32,000 nucleotides of DNA from Candidatus Pelagibacter sp. HTCC7211 (GTDB lineage Bacteria; Pseudomonadota; Alphaproteobacteria; Pelagibacterales; Pelagibacteraceae): contig NZ_DS995298.1 of NCBI RefSeq assembly GCF_000155895.1, positions 330,001 to 362,000 on the forward strand, given 5' to 3'. This document shows, piece after piece, positions 12,983 through 23,800 of this stretch. Each line of letters starts with the position of its first letter. Position 1 is the stretch's first letter. The position numbers and the translations under genes were made by a program. The notes beneath the pieces are model-generated. The model worked only from the letters and a program-made list of their open reading frames with translations, had not been told where the DNA came from and ran no database searches.

Positions 12983-14233
12983 CTAATCTCTTATCTTTCC
13001 TTGACTTGAAATTTCATATTTATAAGAAACTAATTGTTCTAGGCCGACAGGACCTCTTGGTGGCAAAGTATTTGTTGATATACCAACTTCACCTCCAAAA
13101 CCAAATTCACCGCCATCAGCAAATTGAGTAGAAGTATTATGCATTGCAATAGAACTTTTAATATTTGTCATAAATTGTGCAGCAGTTTTTTTATTTTTTG
13201 TAACAATAGAATCTGTGTGCATAGTCCCATATCGATTTATGTGGTTAATTGCTTGTTTTAAATTTTTTACAACTTTAACAGATACGGCTGCAGTTAAATA
13301 TTCAGTAGACCAGTCTTTTTCTTTAGCTGGATATAATGTTCCTGAGTAATTTTTTTTTATAAAATTATCTCCATAAATTTTACAATTGTTATCCTCTAGC
13401 TTTTTTAATATTGGATTACAAAATTTTTTAACAATCTTTTCATGCATTAGAATTGTTTCTGTTGCACCACAAATACTTGTATTTCTTAATTTCGCATTAT
13501 AAACGATATTTGTAGCCATTTTTAATTCTGCTTCTTTATCAATGTATGTATGACACAAACCTTCCAAATGACCGATAATAGGAACTTTAGAAAAATCTTG
13601 AACTCTTTTAACTAAATTTTTTCCTCCCCTAGGAATTATCACATCAATAAATTTATCCATTTTAGAAAGCATTATGTCGACCATTTTTCTATCTTTGGAG
13701 TCAATAAATTGAATATAATTTTCATTTACTTTATTTTTCTTTAGAGCTTTACGAAATAGATTTGCCAAAATTCTATTAGTATTAATAGCCTCAGATCCAC
13801 CTTTAAGAATTACTGGATTTCCAGATTTAAAACATAAGCTAGCTATATCTGACGTAACATTTGGTCTACTTTCATATATAACTCCAATGACACCTATTGG
13901 AACTGATACTCTTTTAATATTTAGTCCATTAGGTCTTCTCCATTTTTCTAAAGTTACATTGACAGGATCTTTTAATTTTACAATTTTTTTAATAGAGACT
14001 TGAATTCCCTTCAGCTTTATTGGATTGATGCTCAACCTATTTATCAAATTTTCTTTAATCTTATTTTTCTTTGCAAGATTAACATCTTTTTTGTTTTGAA
14101 TTAGAATATTTTTTTTTTCTTTATCAAGTAACAAAGCATAGTCGTTTAAAACTTTATTCTTAATTTTAGTATCTATTTTTATCTTCAAAGCATTTCTAGC
14201 TTTAACTCCAATTAAATTCATAAATTTATTCAT
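12983..14233 (-). CDS. proA: gamma-glutamyl phosphate reductase
   Basis: Aldehyde-dehydrogenase-type ProA blocks (YESRPNVT, catalytic Cys region SICGATETILMH). I moved the start to the ATG at 14233 (MNKFMNLIG...), 1 nt after the proB TAA. The listed start at 14284 would overlap proB by 50 nt and add a non-conserved extension. Confidence 0.92.
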   Translation of the reverse strand: MNKFMNLIGVKARNALKIKIDTKIKNKVLNDYALLLDKEKKNILIQNKKDVNLAKKNKIKENLINRLSINPIKLKGIQVSIKKIVKLKDPVNVTLEKWRRPNGLNIKRVSVPIGVIGVIYESRPNVTSDIASLCFKSGNPVILKGGSEAINTNRILANLFRKALKKNKVNENYIQFIDSKDRKMVDIMLSKMDKFIDVIIPRGGKNLVKRVQDFSKVPIIGHLEGLCHTYIDKEAELKMATNIVYNAKLRNTSICGATETILMHEKIVKKFCNPILKKLEDNNCKIYGDNFIKKNYSGTLYPAKEKDWSTEYLTAAVSVKVVKNLKQAINHINRYGTMHTDSIVTKNKKTAAQFMTNIKSSIAMHNTSTQFADGGEFGFGGEVGISTNTLPPRGPVGLEQLVSYKYEISSQGKIRD

Positions 14234-14234
14234 T

Positions 14235-16338
<2,104 letters not shown>

Positions 16339-16341
16339 CTA

Positions 16342-16596
16342 TTAATTGGGTTTTACTGATACGAAAGTTCTATCTGCTTTAGATTTTTTAAATACAACTT
16401 TGCCTTTTACAACTGAAAAAATTGAATGATCTTTTCCCATTCCTACATTTTCACCAGGAAAAATTTTAGTTCCTCTTTGTCTTACAATTATATTTCCAGG
16501 TATTACTGTTTCTCCACCGTACTTTTTAACACCAAGTCTTCGACCTGCACTATCTCGTCCGTTTCTCGATGATCCACCTGCTTTTTTTGTTGCCAT
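16342..16596 (-). CDS. rpmA: 50S ribosomal protein L27
   Basis: [24 protein letters not shown]... is a canonical L27 N-terminus. Confidence 0.97.
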   Translation of the reverse strand: MATKKAGGSSRNGRDSAGRRLGVKKYGGETVIPGNIIVRQRGTKIFPGENVGMGKDHSIFSVVKGKVVFKKSKADRTFVSVKPN

Positions 16597-16608
16597 AATT
16601 TACCTAAT

Positions 16609-17022
16609 TTATTTACTTGTAGCCTCAGTTTTTGGTTTAACTTCAGCCTCAACCTTTTTAGTTGGTTTAACTATTTTTTCTGCTTCAGATAAAACTTTAC
16701 CATCTTTAGAAAAAATTTTATTAATTCTAATCATTGTATGTTCTTGTCTATGACCATTTTTTCTTCTTGAATTATGTCTTCTTCTTTTTTTGAAGATTAA
16801 TATAGTTCTATCTTTACCATTTTTAATTAAATCAGCTTCTACTTTTGCACCTTCAACATTTGGAGAACCTATTTCTATAGTTTTATCATCTCCATATGCA
16901 AGTATCTCATTAAATTCTATTTTAGAATCAGGTTTTGAATCTGGTAATTTCTCAATTTTTAAAATTTCACCAGCTTTAACTTTGTACTGTTTTCCACCTG
17001 TTTTTATTACTGCGTAAGACAT
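16609..17022 (-). CDS. rplU: 50S ribosomal protein L21 (with Lys-rich C-terminal extension)
   Basis: MYAVIKTGGKQYKV-type N-terminus (MSYAVIKTGGKQYKVKAGE) and the RRKNGHRQ block. Directly upstream of rpmA. Confidence 0.95.
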   Translation of the reverse strand: MSYAVIKTGGKQYKVKAGEILKIEKLPDSKPDSKIEFNEILAYGDDKTIEIGSPNVEGAKVEADLIKNGKDRTILIFKKRRRHNSRRKNGHRQEHTMIRINKIFSKDGKVLSEAEKIVKPTKKVEAEVKPKTEATSK

Positions 17023-17049
17023 AGTATGAATTTATATTTAAGTTATCGC

Positions 17050-17077
17050 AATATAGTTCTGGCAAGTTTTTAGTCAA
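17050..17077 (-). promoter_or_regulatory. candidate sigma70-type promoter for rplU-rpmA (and possibly the whole downstream gene string)
   Basis: Minus strand reads TTGACT (17077-17072), 16 nt spacer, TATATT (17055-17050). It sits in the 65-nt gap between the gloB stop and the rplU ATG. This is a motif match only, in AT-rich DNA. Confidence 0.45.
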
Positions 17078-17087
17078 GTCGAATTAA

Positions 17088-17807
17088 CTAAAAATTATCC
17101 TTTAAATCGCGCAATTTTGAGAAAGATTCTAGGTTTTTTGCTCTTAAAAATATGTTGCAATCTAATTCCTCTTTTATTGTAGTTGGGATTGTGGGGAGCC
17201 CATTCGAGGTCAATTTTTTTATTTGTTCAATTTTTTTTTGTAAATTTTGGTTATCAGGATCATTTTCCATACAAAATTTTGAATTGCTGAGAGTGTATTC
17301 ATGACCACAATAAATTTTAGTTTCTTTAGGCAAAGATTTAATCTTATTAAGAGACTCATACATTTGTTCATAAGTTCCTTCAAATATCCTGCCACAACCA
17401 AGAGAAAAAAGAGTGTCCCCTGTAAAAGCTAACTTTTCTTGAAAAAAATTAAAACATATATGACCTGTGGTATGTCCTGGAACATGAATTATTTTAGCTT
17501 TAAAATTATCAGCTTCCCATATTTGGCCATCTTCTAAAAAAATATCTATACCAGGAATTCTTTCTGAATCTTTTTTAAAACCAACTACAATAGAACTAAA
17601 TTCTTTTTTTAAATCTTCATTACCACCAATATGATCAAAATGATGATGTGTGTTTAGAATATATTTTAAATTAATGTCTTTGTTTTTTAAATAATTTATA
17701 ATTGGCTCAGCTTCACTTGGATCCACTACACAGGCAGATTTGTTGCTATCATCAATAATTAAATAACTATAATTGTCTTTTAGACACGGTATGATTTCAA
17801 CTCGCAT
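17088..17807 (-). CDS. gloB: hydroxyacylglutathione hydrolase (glyoxalase II type metallo-beta-lactamase fold thioesterase)
   Basis: NTHHHFDHIGGN metal motif, PGHTTGH, CGHEYT and N-terminal DNYSYLI, all typical of GloB. About 240 aa. Confidence 0.85.
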   Translation of the reverse strand: MRVEIIPCLKDNYSYLIIDDSNKSACVVDPSEAEPIINYLKNKDINLKYILNTHHHFDHIGGNEDLKKEFSSIVVGFKKDSERIPGIDIFLEDGQIWEADNFKAKIIHVPGHTTGHICFNFFQEKLAFTGDTLFSLGCGRIFEGTYEQMYESLNKIKSLPKETKIYCGHEYTLSNSKFCMENDPDNQNLQKKIEQIKKLTSNGLPTIPTTIKEELDCNIFLRAKNLESFSKLRDLKDNF

Positions 17808-17808
17808 A

Positions 17809-18405
17809 TTATTTTTCTATTAAAAATATTCCTAGATCTGCAGATAAATTTTTAATTTCTAAGTTTCTTTCGTTTATTAATGACGCATTTAGTTTATTTA
17901 GTGCTATTGACCTAAAAATTTTTATATTTCTAGATTTAACAAAATGAACAAAATCTTTAATGGTGCACATATGTAAGTTTGGTGTGTTGTACCATTCATC
18001 AGGCAATGTTTTGGTAATTGGCATTGTACCTTTAAGCAGCAAGTGAAGTCTCACTTTCCAGTAACCAAAATTAGGAATTGTAATAATTGCTTTTTTACCA
18101 ACTCTTAAAAGTTCATTTAAAACTAACTCAGGATTTAAAAAAGCTTGAAGTGTCTGGCTTAAAATAACATAATCAAATGACTTATCTGGAAATTGCTTTA
18201 AGTCTTTTTCAGCATTTCCTTCTATTACAGTTAAACCCTTAGCAATACATTCTTGAACCTTTTCTTTTGAGATCTCCAATCCTCTTATATTTGCATTTTT
18301 GTTATCTTTTAGAAATTTCATCAGAATTCCATCAGCACAACCAACATCTAAAACTTTTTTGTCTTTTTCAATTAAATCAGCAATTACTTTAAATTCATTT
18401 TTCAT
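17809..18405 (-). CDS. metW: methionine biosynthesis protein MetW
   Basis: About 198 aa with a methyltransferase-like fold (VLDVGCADG). Sits 2 nt downstream of metX, the classical metXW arrangement. Confidence 0.85.
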   Translation of the reverse strand: MKNEFKVIADLIEKDKKVLDVGCADGILMKFLKDNKNANIRGLEISKEKVQECIAKGLTVIEGNAEKDLKQFPDKSFDYVILSQTLQAFLNPELVLNELLRVGKKAIITIPNFGYWKVRLHLLLKGTMPITKTLPDEWYNTPNLHMCTIKDFVHFVKSRNIKIFRSIALNKLNASLINERNLEIKNLSADLGIFLIEK

Positions 18406-18407
18406 AT

Positions 18408-19526
18408 TTAATTTTCTTCATATGACTTATCCAAAAAGTTTTTAAGTGCATTTAAAAAATCTGGGACATCTAACAAGAATGAATCATGTCCTTTATCCGA
18501 CTCTATTTCAACAAATCCCACATCAGCCCCGATAGAATTTAGAGCTATAACAATATCTTTATTTTCTTGAGTTGGGTAAAGCCAATCTGAGGTAAAAGAA
18601 ATTATAAAAAATTTAGCTTTTGTTAATTTAAATGCATCAGACAGATTCCCATTAAATTGTTTAGCTAGGTCAAAATAATCCATAGCTCTAGTTATATAAA
18701 GATAACTATTTGCATCAAATCTATCAACAAAGACTGAGCCTTGATATCTTAGATAGCTTTCAATCTGAAAGTCTGCATCAAAACCAAATTTTAAATCTTC
18801 TCTTTCTTGTAATTTTCTGCCAAATTTTTCCTGCAAACCTTTTTTTGATAAATATGTAATATGTGCTGCCATTCTCGCAACAGCTAACCCTTTACCTGGA
18901 TTTGAATTATTAGAACCATAATCTCCTTCTTTCCAATTGCTGTCAGCCATGATTGCTTGTCTTCCTAATTCATTAAAAGCTATATTTTGAGCTGAGTGAC
19001 TTGAAGTTGTTGCAATCGGTATTACTGTTTTCGATTTATCTGGAAAGTTACTTATAAATTGCAAAACTTGCATTCCACCCATAGAGCCACCTGCTACAGA
19101 AAATAATTTATCAATCCCAAAATGATCAAGTAAATTGTACTGAGCGTTAACCATATCGTTAATAGTAATGACAGGAAAATTCGTTCCTATGATATTACCA
19201 TTTTCAGGATCTAAATCACTAGGCCCAAAGGAACCCATACATCCTCCAATTACGTTTGAACAAATAACAAAATATCTATTTGTATCTATAGCTTTATCAG
19301 GGCCTACAGCATAGCTCCACCAACCATCTTTTTTAGTTACTGGGTTTGTGCCAGATACATATTGATCACCTGTTAATGCATGAAATACTAATATTGCATT
19401 ATCTTTTTGTGAATTTAGAGAACCATAAGTTTCGTAAGCTACTGGGAAATCTTTAATAGTTTTTCCACAATCTAATTTAAGTGGATTTTTAACAATTAAT
19501 GTTTTTAAATTTTTTTTAATGTTCAT
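18408..19526 (-). CDS. metX: homoserine O-acetyltransferase
   Basis: Alpha/beta hydrolase with the GGSMGGMQ nucleophile elbow, HALTGD block and C-terminal GHDSFL. Followed by metW. Confidence 0.93.
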   Translation of the reverse strand: MNIKKNLKTLIVKNPLKLDCGKTIKDFPVAYETYGSLNSQKDNAILVFHALTGDQYVSGTNPVTKKDGWWSYAVGPDKAIDTNRYFVICSNVIGGCMGSFGPSDLDPENGNIIGTNFPVITINDMVNAQYNLLDHFGIDKLFSVAGGSMGGMQVLQFISNFPDKSKTVIPIATTSSHSAQNIAFNELGRQAIMADSNWKEGDYGSNNSNPGKGLAVARMAAHITYLSKKGLQEKFGRKLQEREDLKFGFDADFQIESYLRYQGSVFVDRFDANSYLYITRAMDYFDLAKQFNGNLSDAFKLTKAKFFIISFTSDWLYPTQENKDIVIALNSIGADVGFVEIESDKGHDSFLLDVPDFLNALKNFLDKSYEEN

Positions 19527-19560
19527 AATAAAGACTTATTTGAATTGAGAGAAAAAAAAC

Positions 19561-19610
19561 TATTTTAGCGGTTTTTTTTAAGCGCTCGCAATTCAGTTAA
19601 ATCAGCGCAT
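19561..19610 (-). promoter_or_regulatory. candidate SAM-II-class (SAM-II/SAM-V-like pseudoknot) riboswitch in the metX leader
   Basis: The minus-strand RNA reads AUGCGCUGAUUUAACUGAAUUGCGAGCGCUUAAAAAAAACCGCUAAAAUAG. It has a 5-bp stem GCGCU/AGCGC (19608-19604 with 19586-19582) enclosing GAUUU...UUGCG. A 3' A-rich tail ends in CGCUAAAA, which can pair back to UUGCG and the U-rich loop. Position upstream of metX matches the known SAM-II context. No covariance model was run. Confidence 0.5.
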
Positions 19611-19614
19611 AATT

Positions 19615-19643
19615 TTTTTACAAGAACTTGATAATTATGTCAA
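19615..19643 (-). promoter_or_regulatory. candidate sigma70-type promoter for the metX leader
   Basis: Minus strand reads TTGACA (19643-19638), 17 nt spacer, TAAAAA (19620-19615). This places a start site a few nt before the AUGCGCUGAUUU element. Confidence 0.45.
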
Positions 19644-19715
19644 TTTTTTAAAATATTCTCTTATTCTCTATAAAAATTTGTAATTTTATCTATAAAGAGC
19701 TCATAAAATAAAAAA

Positions 19716-20798
19716 ATGAGCACTCTAAAGTTTAAAAAATTTAATATTGAAGCTTATAAGCCTGGTAAATCAAAAATTAAAAAACTTAAAAAAGTAATAA
19801 AATTATCAGCAAATGAATCTGCTTTAGGTATGAGTCCTAGAGCTAAAAAATTAATATCAAATAAGAAATTTACTTTAGATAAATATCCAGATGGAAAATC
19901 TGAAAGTTTAAAAGAAGCAATATCTAAATCTTATAAGTGCAATAAAGACAAAATTATTTGTGGAGCAGGATCGGATGAGGTTATCCAGATGATTTGTCAG
20001 TTATTTTTAAATCCAAAAGATGAGGTAGTGCTTCCAGAATTTAGTTTTTTAATGTACAGGATTTACACTAAAATAGTTGGCGCAAAAGTTGTATTTGCTA
20101 AAGAAAAAAATTTCAAAATTTCAATTGAAGAAATCTTAAAAAAAATTACAAAAAAAACGAAGGTAGTCTTTATTGCCAATCCAAATAATCCAACAGGAAC
20201 TTATCTGACAAAAAAAGAAGTCTTAGAATTACGAAAAAAGCTAAATAAAAGGATATTATTAGTAATTGACGATGCTTACGCTGAATATATGAAGAATTCT
20301 GATTATGTTTCAGGTTTAGATTTATTTAAAAATAAAGAAAATGTTTTCATTCTTAGAACTTTTTCAAAAATGTTTGGGTTAGCTTCTTTAAGAGTAGGAT
20401 GGGGATATGGTTCAAAAAAAATAATTAATGCTTTAAATGTGATTAAACCACCTTTCAATATTAATGGAGTTGCTCAATTAGCTGCAGCCGAGTCATTAAA
20501 GGATAAAAAATTTATCAATAGATCAATTAAGCATAATTTATTATATGCTAAAAAGATTAAAAAATTTTTAGAGGATTATAAAATTTATTCAAATCCTGTT
20601 TCTGCAAATTTTTTGTTTCTTGATTTTGAAAAGTGTAAATATTCGGCAAAATTTTTATATGAAAAATTAAAAAATAAAGGAATAATTTTAAGGTCAACCA
20701 AAGATGGATATCATATTAATAATAAATTAAGATTAACTATTGGGTCTAAAAAAGAAAATTTAAAGTTTTTAAGTGCTGTAAAAGAGGTTTTAAATTAA
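19716..20798 (+). CDS. hisC: histidinol-phosphate aminotransferase family (class II aminotransferase; possibly also an aromatic aminotransferase)
   Basis: LSANESALG N-terminal motif, NPNNPTG, and FSKMFGLASLRVGW with the PLP lysine. Confidence 0.88.
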   Translation: MSTLKFKKFNIEAYKPGKSKIKKLKKVIKLSANESALGMSPRAKKLISNKKFTLDKYPDGKSESLKEAISKSYKCNKDKIICGAGSDEVIQMICQLFLNPKDEVVLPEFSFLMYRIYTKIVGAKVVFAKEKNFKISIEEILKKITKKTKVVFIANPNNPTGTYLTKKEVLELRKKLNKRILLVIDDAYAEYMKNSDYVSGLDLFKNKENVFILRTFSKMFGLASLRVGWGYGSKKIINALNVIKPPFNINGVAQLAAAESLKDKKFINRSIKHNLLYAKKIKKFLEDYKIYSNPVSANFLFLDFEKCKYSAKFLYEKLKNKGIILRSTKDGYHINNKLRLTIGSKKENLKFLSAVKEVLN

Positions 20799-21695
20799 AT
20801 GAAAAATATTTTGATTATTGGGTGTGGATTATTAGGCTCTTCATTATTAAGACGTATTCATAAAAAAAAATTAGCAAAAAAAATATTTGTTTATGAAAAA
20901 TCGATATCAAATATTGCTAAAATAAAAAGATTGAAGCTACCAGGAGCAATTGTAAAAACATTAAAAGAAGGGGTAATTAAATCAGATCTTATAATTTTTT
21001 GTACTCCAATGAGTGAATATAAGAGACTTATAATTAAGATTAATAAATTTATAAAACCAACCACATTAATTACAGATGTTGGTTCCTCTAAAATTGAAAC
21101 TACAAAAATTATTAAAAAATTTTTGAAGAAAGATTTGAATTGGATACAAAGTCACCCAATAGCAGGTTCTGAAGTGAGTGGTCCAGAACACGGTAAAGAA
21201 AATATTTTTGTCGATAAATGGTGTGTATTAATAAAAGAACAAAATACTAGAAAAAATCATTTAAATATTTTAAGTAAATTTTGGAAAAAAATTGGCTCAA
21301 AAGTTGTAGTGATGACAACTGAAAAACATGATAAAATATTTTCAATAACTAGCCATCTTCCTCACTTGATTGCATATAATTTAGTTAAGTCAGCGCAAGA
21401 TTTTGAAAAAGAACAAAATTTTGAACTAATCAAATATAGTGCTGGAGGATTGAGAGATTTTTCCAGAATAGCAGCTTCAAATGAAATTATGTGGAGAGAT
21501 ATATTTTTTAATAATCAGAAGAATATTTCAAAAGCAATTGATTTATTTATAAAAAATTTGAGTGCATTTAAGATAGATATAAATACTAAAAATGATAAGT
21601 CTATTTTAAAAAAACTTGTTCAAACTAAAAAAGTTAGATCAAAAATTATTAAATTAAAACAAGATATTGATAAACCAGACTTTGGTAGAAATTAA
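20799..21695 (+). CDS. tyrA: prephenate/arogenate (cyclohexadienyl) dehydrogenase
   Basis: N-terminal Rossmann motif IIGCGLLGSS, DVGSSK and SHPIAGSE motifs of the TyrA family. The start abuts the hisC stop. Confidence 0.85.
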   Translation: MKNILIIGCGLLGSSLLRRIHKKKLAKKIFVYEKSISNIAKIKRLKLPGAIVKTLKEGVIKSDLIIFCTPMSEYKRLIIKINKFIKPTTLITDVGSSKIETTKIIKKFLKKDLNWIQSHPIAGSEVSGPEHGKENIFVDKWCVLIKEQNTRKNHLNILSKFWKKIGSKVVVMTTEKHDKIFSITSHLPHLIAYNLVKSAQDFEKEQNFELIKYSAGGLRDFSRIAASNEIMWRDIFFNNQKNISKAIDLFIKNLSAFKIDINTKNDKSILKKLVQTKKVRSKIIKLKQDIDKPDFGRN

Positions 21696-22441
21696 AAATT
21701 AATTCTAGCTATTTTTTTTACTTCTAAATTTGCTGTTTCTCTAATTCTATTTATTGTCTTTATTATTGGCATCATAAGAACTTTTTTCTCAGGACCATAA
21801 GCATGAATAAGTTTTTTTGAATTCAAGCATATCGCAACATGTCCTTTCCAAAATATAATATCACCTTTTTTAAATGTTCTTTTTTTTAGTTTTCCTCTCG
21901 AATACTTTATTTGATCTTTGGTGTCTCTTGGATAAAATAAGTTATTATAATAAAAAAATATTTGTAATAAAGCTGAACAATCAATACCTTTATATGATTT
22001 ACCTCCCCAAACATATTTAACCTGTAAAAACTTTTTAAAAATTTTTATAAAATTTTTCTCTTTATGATTTATTTTTTTAACATCTGTTTTTTTTATCCAT
22101 TTATTTTTTTGAATTTTGATATAATTTTTATTTTCATCTAAAGCTGATACTTTTGATCCAAATGTAAGATAACTTTTTGTTCTTATATTAGGTTTTTTAA
22201 AAATTTTTGCTTTGAGATTACTTACTTTATAATTGAGATTAGTTTTTTGAATGAATTGTTTATTTTGAATATATCCAACATAATTATCAAATAGTAATTT
22301 AATTTTAATCCAATTTTTATTTTTTGATAAAATTTTAAATTCTTCACCACATATTATTTGAGATGTAACTTCAGATAATTTTGAAGGTTTTTTATAGATA
22401 TTAGAATAATTACCTATGAAATAAAAATTACTTTGCACCAA
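21692..22441 (-). CDS. SH3b-domain NlpC/P60 family cysteine peptidase, apparently cytoplasmic (no signal peptide)
   Basis: C-terminal NlpC/P60 core with a Cys-His-His set: GIDCSALLQ, KGHVAIC, LIHA. The N-terminal half has two SH3b-like repeats (EEFKILSKNKNWIKI..., GSKVSALDENKNYIKI...). There is no in-frame ATG near the 5' end. The start must be TTG (22441) or GTG (22438), both inside the ampG 3' end. Confidence 0.8.
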   Translation of the reverse strand: MVQSNFYFIGNYSNIYKKPSKLSEVTSQIICGEEFKILSKNKNWIKIKLLFDNYVGYIQNKQFIQKTNLNYKVSNLKAKIFKKPNIRTKSYLTFGSKVSALDENKNYIKIQKNKWIKKTDVKKINHKEKNFIKIFKKFLQVKYVWGGKSYKGIDCSALLQIFFYYNNLFYPRDTKDQIKYSRGKLKKRTFKKGDIIFWKGHVAICLNSKKLIHAYGPEKKVLMMPIIKTINRIRETANLEVKKIARINF

Positions 22442-23798
22442 TTTTAATTTTATCTTTAATGAGCCATAAACAAACTAGAGATGGAATGACCATTATTGTT
22501 GTTAAAATAAAGAATGTACCCCAGTTTCCATTCAACCAATCGACCAATGCGCCTGATGAAGATGCTAAAGTAGTTCTTCCAGCAGTACCTATTGATGCTA
22601 GAAGTGCATATTGCGTTGCTGTATAAGTCCTATCTACTAGTAATGAAATAAATGCAACAAAAGCTACTGTTGCAAATGCAGCTGTTATATCATCAGCAAT
22701 TACTGCAATTGCAAACAAAATTTCTGATTTTCCTGTCCAAGCTAAAACTGCAAATAAAATATTTGTTATTGCCATTAATCCTCCAGCAAAGAACATCGTT
22801 TTTATCGTTCCAGCTCTCATAGCCATCAAACCTCCCAATAATGTAAAAACTACTGTCGTAATCCAACCAAGTCCTTTAGAATAAAGTGCAATTTGCCCTT
22901 TAGAGAAACCAATTTCCTTATAAAATACAATAGACATTCTTCCCATGAATGCTTCACCAATTTTGAATAAAAAAACAAAACCTAGGATTGCTGCAGCTAT
23001 AGCAAAACCATTTTTTCTAAAGAAACTTATAATCGGACCACCAATAGTTCCAGTAATATAAGCAATAAAGTTAGTAATAACATTACTTGAACCAAGTTTT
23101 CTGCCAATTAACTCATCAGTTTCTTTTTGCTTTGCCTGTCTATCTGTTTCAATTGGTTCATGCACAAACATCAAACCAATATTCATTAAAATAATTAAAA
23201 CACCTAAAATTAAAAAAGTAGCCTGCCAATAATCTATGATACCTAAATTTTCAAAATACTCAGCTGTGAATAATGCAACAACTCCACCTAACTTATAACC
23301 TGTCCACCAACCGACAACTGCCATTGCAGCTCCTGCCGCCATAGATTTTCCTTCATTTTCATTAATTTGTTCAATTCTTAATGCATCAACTGTTATATCC
23401 TGAGTTGCTGAGGCAATTGCAATGATTAATCCAACACTTATTAATAACGCTAAATTTTCCGTAGGATTAATTACACTCCAAACTATCAAGCTTAGTAAAA
23501 TAATGATTTGCATTAAAACTATCCATCCTCTTCTATGACCTAGTTTCTTTGTTAGTAATGGTATTTGAATTCTATCTATAATCGGAGCCCATAAATAATT
23601 AAAAGCATAAACACCAAATATTAATCCTGCCCATCCTATTGTAGATCTACTTAGTCCTTCTTCTTTTAACCAAAGACTCAAACTACTTGCAATTAGAACC
23701 CAAGGAAAACCACTAATAGAGCCTAGAAGTAAAATTCTAAGCATTCGAATGTCTTTATAAACAGAAAGAGAGTCAACCCATGATATTGTTTTAGACAT
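22428..23798 (-). CDS. ampG: AmpG-family MFS permease (muropeptide transporter type)
   Basis: Polytopic MFS-like protein whose N-terminus (RMLRILLLGSISGFPWVLIASSLSLWLKEEG) resembles AmpG-family permeases. I prefer the ATG at 23798 (MSKTISW...), preceded by GGAGA 8 nt upstream. The listed start at 23813 is a TTG overlapping trkH. Confidence 0.82.
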   Translation of the reverse strand: MSKTISWVDSLSVYKDIRMLRILLLGSISGFPWVLIASSLSLWLKEEGLSRSTIGWAGLIFGVYAFNYLWAPIIDRIQIPLLTKKLGHRRGWIVLMQIIILLSLIVWSVINPTENLALLISVGLIIAIASATQDITVDALRIEQINENEGKSMAAGAAMAVVGWWTGYKLGGVVALFTAEYFENLGIIDYWQATFLILGVLIILMNIGLMFVHEPIETDRQAKQKETDELIGRKLGSSNVITNFIAYITGTIGGPIISFFRKNGFAIAAAILGFVFLFKIGEAFMGRMSIVFYKEIGFSKGQIALYSKGLGWITTVVFTLLGGLMAMRAGTIKTMFFAGGLMAITNILFAVLAWTGKSEILFAIAVIADDITAAFATVAFVAFISLLVDRTYTATQYALLASIGTAGRTTLASSSGALVDWLNGNWGTFFILTTIMVIPSLVCLWLIKDKIKIGAK

Positions 23799-23800
23799 AT

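Noticed and set aside
17219-17401. Same-strand alternative-frame ORF inside gloB
   Set aside because: Out of frame within a conserved MBL-fold gene. No evidence for overprinting.
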